A stretch of 19,490 nt of DNA from Pseudomonadota bacterium (GTDB lineage: Bacteria > Bdellovibrionota_B > Oligoflexia > Oligoflexales > CAIMVM01), in the NCBI GenBank assembly GCA_037142195.1, contig JBAXBA010000070.1:1-19490 (forward strand), written 5' to 3'. Shown here piece by piece: positions 7,406-16,220 of this stretch. Every line of letters begins with the position of its first letter. Position 1 is the first letter of the stretch. A program made the translations under genes and the position numbers. The notes beneath the pieces were generated by a model, which did not search any database, was not told the origin of the DNA, and saw only the letters and a program-made list of their open reading frames with translations.

Positions 7406-8827
7406 GAAACTTATTTTTTGGGGTTGTTTCTGAATCTAGCGGCAGTTATCTCTAAAAAAAATAAAAGAAAAATCGAAGTTAAAGAATTCGGTGGTGTGGC
7501 AGCATTTCATTCTGCAGCATCTTCTACTAATGCACTATTTTTTTCGTCTAGAGACGGCGATGGGAAGGACACTGCTGTGCCTAGGGCAGAAACTTTAAAA
7601 AAGCTCTATAACATTGTGGTTAGCGTAGATTTTTCCCCTCTTTTAAAAATGGTCAATCTAAGTGAAAAAAAAACACATTTTTTTTCGCTGGTTATGGGGG
7701 TGCTAAGTCATTGGGTACCAAAAATCTTGCCGTTAATGACTTTGAATTTGAAGCTAATCCTTTGCTACTCATCTGGGACCACTTTGGCATACGCATCCCT
7801 TGTGCGAGTAGCTGATTTAAAGCACGTTGAAACCACCAGCTTAGGCATGTGTTTAGTTAGAGAAACTAAAGAAGAACTTTGTCAGGGCAAAGCTAGGGAG
7901 CCTGCGCTAGTTCCAAATGGTAGAAGATTTCCATCAGCTTCCGATTCTTGTTTCAAATTAGATGGAGTCATACTCAAGGGGGAAAGGGATTTAGATTGCG
8001 AATTTGATGAAGTGAGGGCGTTTATTAGAAAGATAGGACACGGGAAAGACATTGGTCTTGATCCATTTGCTCTTGGTTTTTCTATGCAGAAAAAGGGGGA
8101 GCCTCGAATCCCTCTAGCTTTTCTAAAAAGGGGGTCCCTTTTTAAAAAAAAGAAGAATCAAATGGCGGAGGAATCCCAAGACAGCGGGCTCAAAGATCTT
8201 CCCTTGATAGAAGTTCCCTATACGAAGGGAGATGGTTTGCTTCGTCCTTTTGCTTTTCTTGTATCTGGTGATGGAGGCTGGACAAGCATGAATCAAGATC
8301 TCGCTTCGGCATTAGCTGAGAATGGTGTCTCCGTGATTGGTTTAGATTCGTTGCGCTATTTTTGGAAGGCCCGAAGTCCGAATGAGTTTTCAGAGGATTT
8401 AGCTAAAATCCTGACCTACTACCAAACTCTGTGGCAACGTGAGCAATTCCTACTTCTCGGATACTCGTTTGGAGCGGATGTCCTGCCTGCCGCTGCCGCC
8501 CGTCTTCCGCCGGCCCTATCTAGGGCGACGCGAGCGATTTCCCTGATCAGCCCTTCAGAGTTTGCTAGCTTTGAAATTAAAGCTTTAGAGTGGCTTGATT
8601 TGATCGTGAATCGATTTCATCCTGTTAAAAATGAACTTGTTCATGTTGATGAAAGTAAGCTTGTTTGTTTTTTTGGAAATAAAGATCTCACAGCCCTTTG
8701 CCCGCTGTTGAAACAGCCAGCGAGAATCATCAAATTTGATGAGGGGCATCGGATGAACGATCATGCCAAAGACATTGCTGAGATCATCATTCAACAAATG
8801 TATGAGAATGCAGGAAATTCTGATTGA
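7402..8827 (+). CDS. acvB: AcvB/VirJ-family aminoacyl-PG hydrolase, apparently frameshifted near the start (long ORF 7418-8827), N-domain eroded
   Basis: The C-domain has intact LPLIEVP, SGDGGW, G.DSLRYFW, GYSFGAD and a GH motif. It lies directly behind mprF, as in lpiA-acvB operons. The ATGA overlap start at 7402 is out of frame with the long ORF by one T of T6 (7414-7419). Confidence 0.8.
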
Positions 8828-9025
8828 TGTATCAGCTACCAATGCTTCTCACTCCGAGGAACATCAGGGCCCCCCTTTTTTTAGGATAATGTGCGAGCTT
8901 CCGCTTAGGCAAAGGCTCTAAAATTCTTAAAGATCCAGCAGCCTGGCTTCGACTGTAGGAGATTTTCCAATTATGAAATTAAGTGAATCAAGACAGCGAA
9001 GTTTAAAAAGCTATTTGATCTGCCC

Positions 9026-9451
9026 TTAGAGCTCTGCGCGACCCTTGATGACGTCCCTAAAGCATTTTGTTTTATCTACAGTACAAACAAATGCTGTCAA
9101 AGTGTAATCAAAGCTCGAGGGAATCGACTTTTTATCTCCGACTTTAGCTGTCCCATGTTTTTCATTGTCTTGAGCGATTCCTAAGGCGATCTTAAAGCCA
9201 GGAATCTTCGGATCAAAATCTTTCTTCGCCAAGGTCAGAGTCTCGGGAGAGAGGTTGTTGACATGGGACAGTTTTACGGACCAAGGAGCATCTGGGGATA
9301 TAGCCAGGTCTTTATGGGGTTCAATTTTAAATACTAGGGTTTCCTGGGTGCGTTCGATCGAAAGAGTAGAGTTTGTGCCTTTAGAAATAACGGCTGATAG
9401 GCCCTGAGATGCAGTAAGGGCTGTTAAGAAGTAGGTTGCTAGGAGTTTCAT
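9026..9451 (-). CDS. Secreted small protein, DsbD-N-like beta-sandwich with C-terminal Cx6C
   Basis: AGAGGA RBS and signal peptide. H..ISPDAPW and AFVCTVDKTKC motifs. The fold call is inference. Confidence 0.65.
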   Translation of the reverse strand: MKLLATYFLTALTASQGLSAVISKGTNSTLSIERTQETLVFKIEPHKDLAISPDAPWSVKLSHVNNLSPETLTLAKKDFDPKIPGFKIALGIAQDNEKHGTAKVGDKKSIPSSFDYTLTAFVCTVDKTKCFRDVIKGRAEL

Positions 9452-9458
9452 AAATCCT

Positions 9459-9878
9459 CTAAATTAATTTGCAATCTGTAAATTCAATGGTTTGGGAAAT
9501 ATCGCCCTTTTGGTTATATAGGGCAAGTGTCACTTGCGTCAAACTTTTTACACCAACGCGCACGGCTAAATCGTACTCGGGGAGCTCTCCCCAGTATTCC
9601 CGGTCCTGGAGAATGCCAAAATGCCTCAAAGGTCTATCTTCCGTTAGGCCTATTTTATAGAAAGAAGGGCTGGTCCGACTTAGGGTTACGGAAAACTTCT
9701 GGCCTTCAATCTTTCCTTTGGAGGGAAGTTGCTTGATACAATTCAAAGTCCTGCTTGCTGAGACATTAAGGTTGTTGAGTGAAGCGGAGTCTCGCAAATA
9801 TTGTTTCCGATCTGGCACATTGCTAGAACTTGTGACGCAAGCCCAGAAGGGAAGGAGGAAAAACAAAATTTTAATCAT
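9459..9878 (-). CDS. Hypothetical lipoprotein
   Basis: MIKILFFLLPFWA-C lipobox-like start at ATG 9878 (the ORF extends to 9902). The 7-nt gap to the next gene suggests an operon. Confidence 0.65.
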   Translation of the reverse strand: MIKILFFLLPFWACVTSSSNVPDRKQYLRDSASLNNLNVSASRTLNCIKQLPSKGKIEGQKFSVTLSRTSPSFYKIGLTEDRPLRHFGILQDREYWGELPEYDLAVRVGVKSLTQVTLALYNQKGDISQTIEFTDCKLI

Positions 9879-10169
9879 GAAAGGTCTCTTTATTATTTGC
9901 AAGCTAGAGGGACTAGAGTTGATATCATAAAACCATTCTCATCACAAATTATAGGCAGGCCTCATTCTGTATATGGAGAAGGCACAGGTTCTATTTTAGC
10001 AAAATTGGGCAATAATTCCTAGAAGCTCCCGGGAGTTGCTTTGATGGTGATCCAAGGTCCAGAAAAGAGCATCTGCGGATTTCTATCCCAAAGAGTGCTT
10101 GGCCATAGAACCTCAAAGTGGCTGCCTATCTGGATTTTCCACAAGGGAACCATTTTGGTTCAAATGAAA

Positions 10170-10198
10170 TTGTTCCCACATCGACTTGGCAGTATAAT
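10170..10198 (+). promoter_or_regulatory. Putative sigma70 promoter
   Basis: TTGTTC-N17-TATAAT, 33 nt upstream of ATG 10232. Confidence 0.5.
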
Positions 10199-10231
10199 GA
10201 GGAATCTATTAAGTAAAATTTAGGAAGAATT

Positions 10232-11854
10232 ATGAAATTTGTCCTTCTGTGGTTCATGGGCATTCACTTAAGCCAAGTAACAACTGCAGCAGTGATCGCA
10301 GAGTATCGACCCCTAGGATTCGGTCTTAACCATAATTTTGAGTGGGTCCGTGAGGTTATAAAAGACGATCGAGTGGCTCTTGTCGAAGAGAAAGATGGGC
10401 TACTAAAGCTTACCATAGAAGGGATTCACGTCTGCGGGGGGTGGGTTAAAGTCTCAGGAGACAGGTTTCTTTCCCTCCTAGGTGAGGTCCCAGATACGGT
10501 GAACAAGCCCCTTTTGAGTGCCGAAATACCTGATGGCGCAGCTGAGAAAGAAGTTTTAAAGGTTTTTGCAAGTGCGGAACTTGCCGCTTCGGAAGTTTGC
10601 TGGTCAGCTGCGGGATCCCAATTAGAAAAAAAAGTCATAGGCCAATTTGAAAGCCAGGGTTCCCCTTACAGTTTTGAGTACTTTAGGGGAAAGCTAACCT
10701 ATACTAGAAGCGGATTTGATGTCACTGCCACGATCAAGGCTTTTCCTGCGAGGATTAACTATGGGGTGCCTACCAATTACACGGTAGCCACTACAGAAGA
10801 TGGATACTTGAGTGATGCAAGGCTGCAGGCTAATAGTTACAGCTCATCAGGCACGATTCAGCGCTATAATGAGTCCTCGAATGTTTTTGACAAGTCGGCG
10901 ACGGTTTCCGATACCGACTCTTTTTACGATCAGTCAGCTAGCTTTCTCTATGGTGCGCGACATTTCGACTTTTTAAAGAGTCAATATGCCTTTGAGTATT
11001 ATTCCAATACCCCCATCCAGCTCATTGTGGGCGGTGTTGGTACTGAGCTCAACAATGCCCACTTTGATCCCTCCACTCAACCAGGGGTTGGGGGGCGCAT
11101 TATCATAGGCCAAGGACAGGCTCCCTACCTTCAAAACCTCGGCAAAGATGAGGATGTCGTCAGTCATGAAATTGGTCACTATCTGATCTTTAAATGGATC
11201 TATGATGTTTCCAGTGTGGATTCCAAGGTTCTTCACGAGGGGCTTGCGGATTTTTTTGTTTACGACCGCACGGGAGATGCCTGTCTCGGCGAGTCGATCT
11301 GCCCCGGGGCTCTTAAATGTGTGACGAACTCCTGCTTAAGAGTGGGAAATGTCGATTTTAAGTATGGAGATGATACGTGGAATAAAATAACTGAGTTTCA
11401 TAAAAAGGGACAGCTAATAGCAACCGCTCTTTATAATATTCGCTCGAAAGTTCCGCCGGGGGTTGCAGGTAAAGTTGCGTTTAAAGCCCTTTCTAAAGTG
11501 TCGCCTAATTGCTCTATTCAACAATACGTAATCGCGCTGCTTCACGCAGAAGCGGAACTTTTTAGCTCAGCAAATCGAGCTGATTTTTTAGAACAGCTGC
11601 GAAATGCAGGCTTTTCAGCTTGGCTTGTCGGAGCGGAAACCTCTTTGCCACCGATTCCCAATGTTGGGGGAGAAACTCCGATTGCAACCACTACAACAAA
11701 AAAAACGACCGCGAAAAAGTGGTGGCAATTTGGTTGCTCGGCAGCTGTAATGGATGCTGACAGGGAATGGTACGTGATAGGAGTTCTCTTGTTGCCCTTA
11801 CTTTTCGTGACGCTGACGAGAAGAAGAGCAAAAGCACACTCAGCGAAACTCTAA
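10232..11854 (+). CDS. Secreted M4/M36-like (gluzincin) zinc metalloprotease with C-terminal membrane sorting signal
   Basis: Signal peptide, NNAHF, DVVSHEIGH (HExxH) and third ligand in LHEGLADFF. Thr/Lys linker, then WWQFGC-TM-RRR tail. Confidence 0.85.
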   Translation: MKFVLLWFMGIHLSQVTTAAVIAEYRPLGFGLNHNFEWVREVIKDDRVALVEEKDGLLKLTIEGIHVCGGWVKVSGDRFLSLLGEVPDTVNKPLLSAEIPDGAAEKEVLKVFASAELAASEVCWSAAGSQLEKKVIGQFESQGSPYSFEYFRGKLTYTRSGFDVTATIKAFPARINYGVPTNYTVATTEDGYLSDARLQANSYSSSGTIQRYNESSNVFDKSATVSDTDSFYDQSASFLYGARHFDFLKSQYAFEYYSNTPIQLIVGGVGTELNNAHFDPSTQPGVGGRIIIGQGQAPYLQNLGKDEDVVSHEIGHYLIFKWIYDVSSVDSKVLHEGLADFFVYDRTGDACLGESICPGALKCVTNSCLRVGNVDFKYGDDTWNKITEFHKKGQLIATALYNIRSKVPPGVAGKVAFKALSKVSPNCSIQQYVIALLHAEAELFSSANRADFLEQLRNAGFSAWLVGAETSLPPIPNVGGETPIATTTTKKTTAKKWWQFGCSAAVMDADREWYVIGVLLLPLLFVTLTRRRAKAHSAKL

Positions 11855-11954
11855 ACTTCCTTTGTCATTCTAATGCCACCTATATGGGTGTAATCTTGAT
11901 TTTAGCAGTTCAAGTGACATAAAATGGACCTAAACATTAATTGGGAGCATTTTT

Positions 11955-12827
11955 ATGAGATCTGCAAGATTTATGATTGCTAGTTTTCTACTATCCTCAG
12001 CTACGGTTAGAGCTAGCATTTTACCTCCCAATAATTTAGATCTTGAAGATGGCCTTCTTAAAGGAGGCATTTCGAAAAAAGAATTTGTGGACACGATTGC
12101 GCAGGTATCGAATCTCTACACGCCGATTCTTAAAAACTTTAAAGGTGACCTCCAAGTCGAGGGCAATTGGGACGATTCCACTGTAAATGCTTATGCGGAT
12201 CGCGATGGAAATGTTTGGAAGGTCTACATGTTTGGGGGGCTCGCACGAAGACCAGAAATTACCATCGACGGTTTTGCATTGGTAATGTGTCATGAGTTAG
12301 GCCATCACGTGGGGGGCTTTCCTTTTGTAAGCGACTGGGCGGCGGACGAAGGTCAAGCCGACTATTTTGCAACGCAGGCTTGTGCCAGAAAACTTTGGTC
12401 CCATGATGAAGCCGGTAATGAGAAGTCAGCGTCTGCCGTTAATCCCATAGCTAAAAAGAAATGTAATGCGAGATGGCAGTCGGTAAAGGACAGAAATCTT
12501 TGCTACAGAGTTGCAGGCGCAAGCTTATCGCTCGCAAGGCTTCTTGGAGCTTTGGAAGGTACCAAGCCAGATTTTTCCAAGTCTGATGCTACGGTAGTCA
12601 CAGACACAGATCATGAGCATCCTAAGGCCCAGTGTCGTCTCGACACCTATTTCGCGGGTGGATTGTGTGATGTGCAGTTTAAGGACAATCTGATTCCAGG
12701 TTCTTCTGCTCGCGCCAGTGACTTAACTAGAGAAAAAGAAGCGCTCACCGTGTCTTGTTCCCAGTTTGACAAAGATCGTTTGTTTGCAGGACGTCCCAAG
12801 TGCTGGTTTAAGCAAAATGTTAAATAA
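11955..12827 (+). CDS. Secreted Cys-rich zinc metalloprotease (M48-like)
   Basis: GGGAG RBS and signal peptide. Motifs VNAYA, FGGLAR, CHELGHH, EGQADYFA and HP..QCRLDT. Confidence 0.85.
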   Translation: MRSARFMIASFLLSSATVRASILPPNNLDLEDGLLKGGISKKEFVDTIAQVSNLYTPILKNFKGDLQVEGNWDDSTVNAYADRDGNVWKVYMFGGLARRPEITIDGFALVMCHELGHHVGGFPFVSDWAADEGQADYFATQACARKLWSHDEAGNEKSASAVNPIAKKKCNARWQSVKDRNLCYRVAGASLSLARLLGALEGTKPDFSKSDATVVTDTDHEHPKAQCRLDTYFAGGLCDVQFKDNLIPGSSARASDLTREKEALTVSCSQFDKDRLFAGRPKCWFKQNVK

Positions 12828-12874
12828 GACCTTTGTTCTCAGAAGCTGCAAACTCAAGTGAACTATGCTGCTAG

Positions 12875-12924
12875 AAATAAAGACCCTCTTCAACGACTCT
12901 GGTCATTGAGGAGGGTTTTTATTT
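12875..12924 (+). terminator. Long intrinsic terminator hairpin
   Basis: AAATAAAGACCCTCTTCAA...TTGAGGAGGGTTTTTATTT inverted repeat, with G-U pairs on +. Confidence 0.8.
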
Positions 12925-12941
12925 GGGAAGAACTCAAAGAT

Positions 12942-12971
12942 TTGCAAACGGCAGGAGGTTGCTCGTATAAT
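12942..12971 (+). promoter_or_regulatory. Putative sigma70 promoter
   Basis: TTGCAA-N18-TATAAT, directly after the terminator and upstream of GTG 13013. Confidence 0.5.
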
Positions 12972-13012
12972 ACTGTGAGTCCATCCTAAATCTTACTCTA
13001 TGGGAGCTAACA

Positions 13013-13561
13013 GTGGCATCACATTTTTCTTTGGGGTTTTCCGCGATGACTGTGGCTTTTTTGGGGTTGAGCGCTTGTCAAAGCCAAGAAGCAAGTGAAC
13101 TTGCTCATTTTGATGAAGTTTATAGCCTTCCCAATACCGATCAAGATATTCCCCAGAACATGAAGCTCATGTCTCCCAGAGAGCTTGAAAAGGGAGGTAT
13201 TCTAAAATGCGAGGGGTTGGATAGTGAGAAGAAATATGTGTATGCGAGGTTTGAGATCGCAGACAGTAAGGTTCAGTTTTCTTATGTGGGATCTATTTCT
13301 GGTAAGTACCAGATTTTTCATGACGTCCTCATGAGCCGCACAAAATCAGCTAAGCTTGATTTTAAGGGAGATGCCGCTGGAATTGATTTCTTTGAGCAGG
13401 GGGCAAAAACCGCTTTTTTATCTCTAAATATGGATATCCCGACTTCAAATCCAGGGAGCAAAGAAACGTCTGCTAAACTCACTTATGAAAACAAAGAGCA
13501 TCAAGTGGAATATAAGAAAATCGAGTTAGATTGCATAGCCTTTCGGCATATTGAAGGATAG
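13013..13561 (+). CDS. Hypothetical lipoprotein
   Basis: GGGAG RBS with GTG start; hydrophobic leader ending in an LSA-C lipobox. Confidence 0.75.
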   Translation: MASHFSLGFSAMTVAFLGLSACQSQEASELAHFDEVYSLPNTDQDIPQNMKLMSPRELEKGGILKCEGLDSEKKYVYARFEIADSKVQFSYVGSISGKYQIFHDVLMSRTKSAKLDFKGDAAGIDFFEQGAKTAFLSLNMDIPTSNPGSKETSAKLTYENKEHQVEYKKIELDCIAFRHIEG

Positions 13562-13646
13562 TCTTTGACTAGAGCTTCGTTTTTTGTGATCTTTTCTGTC
13601 TGCACCCTTAAAGTTTTTGAAGATTTATGGAGGAAAGGGCATCGAG

Positions 13647-14174
13647 ATGGAAGATTATCTTAAGTCGTTTGTAAGAGAAGTGGCCGATTTTCCTAAGCCA
13701 GGAATCGGTTTCAAAGATATCACGCCGCTTTTGCTAGACCCAGAAGCGATGATGAAGGTGTGCTTGGCGTTTGAAAAATTCTATCCCCCAGACTCCTATG
13801 ATTTGGTGGTAGGCCCCGAGTCCAGGGGGTTTATTTTCGGCGTCGCTTTGGCGACCCATCTGAAGAAGGGATTTGTCCCCATTCGGAAACCTGGAAAGCT
13901 GCCTGGACCGACCTATAGGGAAAGTTACGCATTAGAATATGGGCAGGACTCCCTCGAGATACACCAAGATGCGATCAAACAAGGAGATCGTGTTCTTGTT
14001 GTGGATGACCTTCTTGCTACGGGGGGTACTATATCTGCCTGTTTAGAGCTGGTGCGACGGTGTGGTGGAGAGGCAGTAGGATGCGCTTTTGTTATAGAGC
14101 TAGCGTTTCTAGACGGGAGGAAGAATCTTCCTAGACATAAGGTTGAATCGATACTCCGCTACCTAGTAGAATAA
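13647..14174 (+). CDS. apt: Adenine phosphoribosyltransferase
   Basis: [38 protein letters not shown] and the PRPP motif [11 protein letters not shown]. Confidence 0.97.
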   Translation: MEDYLKSFVREVADFPKPGIGFKDITPLLLDPEAMMKVCLAFEKFYPPDSYDLVVGPESRGFIFGVALATHLKKGFVPIRKPGKLPGPTYRESYALEYGQDSLEIHQDAIKQGDRVLVVDDLLATGGTISACLELVRRCGGEAVGCAFVIELAFLDGRKNLPRHKVESILRYLVE

Positions 14175-14198
14175 GGGATTGCCATCGGGAGGTGACAC

Positions 14199-15146
14199 TT
14201 GAAATACTTAAGCTGGATTTTTCTCAGCAGTGTTTGCTATGGAAATGACCTTGTGCTTTCCGAACCGTTTTTCCTAGATCAAGAGATGATCTCCTCGCAT
14301 ACAAACACTGAGATTCAAGCCTCGGTGATCGGAGGAGATCCCGTATTAGATACTTCAAGTTTTGTCTATAAAAGCACCGTTCGCATTCTAGGAAAGGGGC
14401 TTGTCGCGGCCCCTGCTCCAGGGCTTGAAGGTAAAACGATTTCCTGGCGTTGCTCGGGCGTCTATTTAACCAAAATGGCCATACTTACCGCGGCGCACTG
14501 CCAACCAGGCCTACTCAGCTATAGCTTTCAAGGAAAGACTTATACTGCAAAATTTGCAAATCAGGGTTTCGAGGTTTTTTCCGTTTTGAAAGCGGGGCAA
14601 AATGAGACTTCTGGAGTCAAAGTTGTGTCTTCATCACGACATCCCCGGTTTGAAGACCTCTGGTATACAAGGCGCACCGATGCCTGGAATCCTTCAGTTG
14701 AAGTTTTTGATTTGGCCTTAATGAAGCTGGAAAATCCGTTGGCTTACCAAAAAGAGCCAGTCTCCAGTATTGCCGATATGCCCACAGCCAATGAAGCGTT
14801 GACCTTAGCTGGATATGGAAAAAGCAATCCTAGTTCAGATTTTGATATTCCAGAGCTTAGGCAAGCTTCGGTTCCTTTTATTCAAAAACTACTTAACAAT
14901 GCAGACTTTGTCGTCGGAAAAGGGAGCTTTGCAAAACCTGGAAAAGTATCCGAGCCCGTGGGTGGATGCTCAGGTGATAGTGGCGGCCCTCTCTACCGCA
15001 ATCTCATCAATGGCAAACTTGCCGTGGTAGGAGTGGTGTCAAGGGGCCCAGACGAATCCGGCGGCGGCTGTCAGTCTGCCTTAACCATTGCCACCGGCAT
15101 TTGGCCTTATTTAGCCTGGATCAAAGAAACGCTTGAGAAGCTTTGA
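14199..15146 (+). CDS. Secreted trypsin-like (S1) serine protease
   Basis: GGAGGT RBS with TTG start; VIGG activation motif; triad LTAAHC, DLAL, GDSGGP. Confidence 0.93.
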   Translation: MKYLSWIFLSSVCYGNDLVLSEPFFLDQEMISSHTNTEIQASVIGGDPVLDTSSFVYKSTVRILGKGLVAAPAPGLEGKTISWRCSGVYLTKMAILTAAHCQPGLLSYSFQGKTYTAKFANQGFEVFSVLKAGQNETSGVKVVSSSRHPRFEDLWYTRRTDAWNPSVEVFDLALMKLENPLAYQKEPVSSIADMPTANEALTLAGYGKSNPSSDFDIPELRQASVPFIQKLLNNADFVVGKGSFAKPGKVSEPVGGCSGDSGGPLYRNLINGKLAVVGVVSRGPDESGGGCQSALTIATGIWPYLAWIKETLEKL

Positions 15147-15174
15147 GTTGCATCCCAAAGCATCTCACAGATGG

Positions 15175-15576
15175 TCAGGAAAAATGAATCTCTGTCTTTA
15201 GGTTTTCCGATAGACTCAGCGCTACCGGGCAGTTTCTACCGGCATCTACTAAGCTTTGATATTGTTCCGGAGAAAGCGTTACAGGCATTTTTATCTTTAC
15301 TACAAGGCGGCCGACGCGGCGAAGAGGGTCGGCGACCATGTGTTTTTCTACCTGTCCTGATGCGCCTTCATAAGAAAAACCCATGCGTTTTGCTTTAAGC
15401 GCCATGGTTGTGAGAATGCAGGAGACCAAGGAGGCGCCTAGGAGATCGGTGGGGGAAAATCCCTTTCCATCGCCCCCATTATCGAGTGGGGCACTGGTTA
15501 CTAGTGTAGGGGCCCCAGACATATGGGATACTGCCATATTGAGGTTGCCTTGATCGACCGCTTCCATTTTAACCAT
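15175..15576 (-). CDS. OsmC-family protein
   Basis: AP.DNGG.G..FSPTDLL..SL.SC..TTM and CPV..SL; both conserved Cys present. Confidence 0.92.
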   Translation of the reverse strand: MVKMEAVDQGNLNMAVSHMSGAPTLVTSAPLDNGGDGKGFSPTDLLGASLVSCILTTMALKAKRMGFSYEGASGQVEKHMVADPLRRVGRLVVKIKMPVTLSPEQYQSLVDAGRNCPVALSLSENLKTEIHFS

Positions 15577-15725
15577 GGTGATGCCCTTAGTAAGAAGATT
15601 CTGTATTTCTACTTTTTTTTAGCCGAGTCTCCAACAAAAAAAGGATATCTGGTAAAATAGTAATGCAACGAACATTTGGGTCCGCAGATTTTATACGTAA
15701 ATTTTAATCGTAAAGAGGTTTGTCA

Positions 15726-16094
15726 GTGAGTAGCAACAAAAAAGTGATGATTGCAGACGATGATAAATTTGCATTGGAAAAGGCGTCGAAAATTCTGGAG
15801 GCTGCTGGATATTCTACTGTTTTAGCAAAAGGCGGCAAAGAGGCTGCAGAGCTAGCGAAGGAACAGACCGTAGATCTTATTTTAGCCGATTATTTAATGC
15901 CAGATCAGTCGGGACTGGGCTTGACGTTTGAGTTGAGACAGCGCGGCCTACGGACCCCTATTCTCATTATGAGCGAAGCAAGCTTTTTGTCCTCCGATTC
16001 CGTCAAACGCAGTGGTGCCAATGATCTCTTGAAAAAGCCATACTCGGAAACGGATCTTGTGGCTGCAGTGAAGCGAAACCTAGCTGCGTCCTAG
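15726..16094 (+). CDS. Single-domain response regulator (CheY-like)
   Basis: ADDD, LILAD.LMP..SG, MS and KKP motifs. The GAGG RBS fits GTG 15726 (ORF from TTG 15720). Confidence 0.9.
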   Translation: MSSNKKVMIADDDKFALEKASKILEAAGYSTVLAKGGKEAAELAKEQTVDLILADYLMPDQSGLGLTFELRQRGLRTPILIMSEASFLSSDSVKRSGANDLLKKPYSETDLVAAVKRNLAAS

Positions 16095-16136
16095 TTAAAT
16101 AGCCGTTGGTTTGATCTGCAAGTACCCGAAATTCTC

Positions 16137-16165
16137 AAAGAAAAACGTCTCGGCGTTTTTCTTTT
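16137..16165 (+). terminator. Intrinsic (bidirectional-type) terminator
   Basis: AAAGAAAAACG-tctcgg-CGTTTTTCTTTT after the response regulator. Confidence 0.7.
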
Positions 16166-16220
16166 AGTTTATTCTCATTTTGCCCGACCCTTCTTAAAGT
16201 TAGAGAAAATGAGGGGGCAC

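Noticed and set aside
7418..8161. DGR-type hypermutation as the cause of the eroded AcvB N-domain
   Set aside because: No template/variable repeat pair was seen, the inferred changes are not adenine-specific, and the nearby retroelement is a group II intron.
10135..10143. DnaA-box match TTTTCCACA
   Set aside because: A single consensus match is expected by chance.
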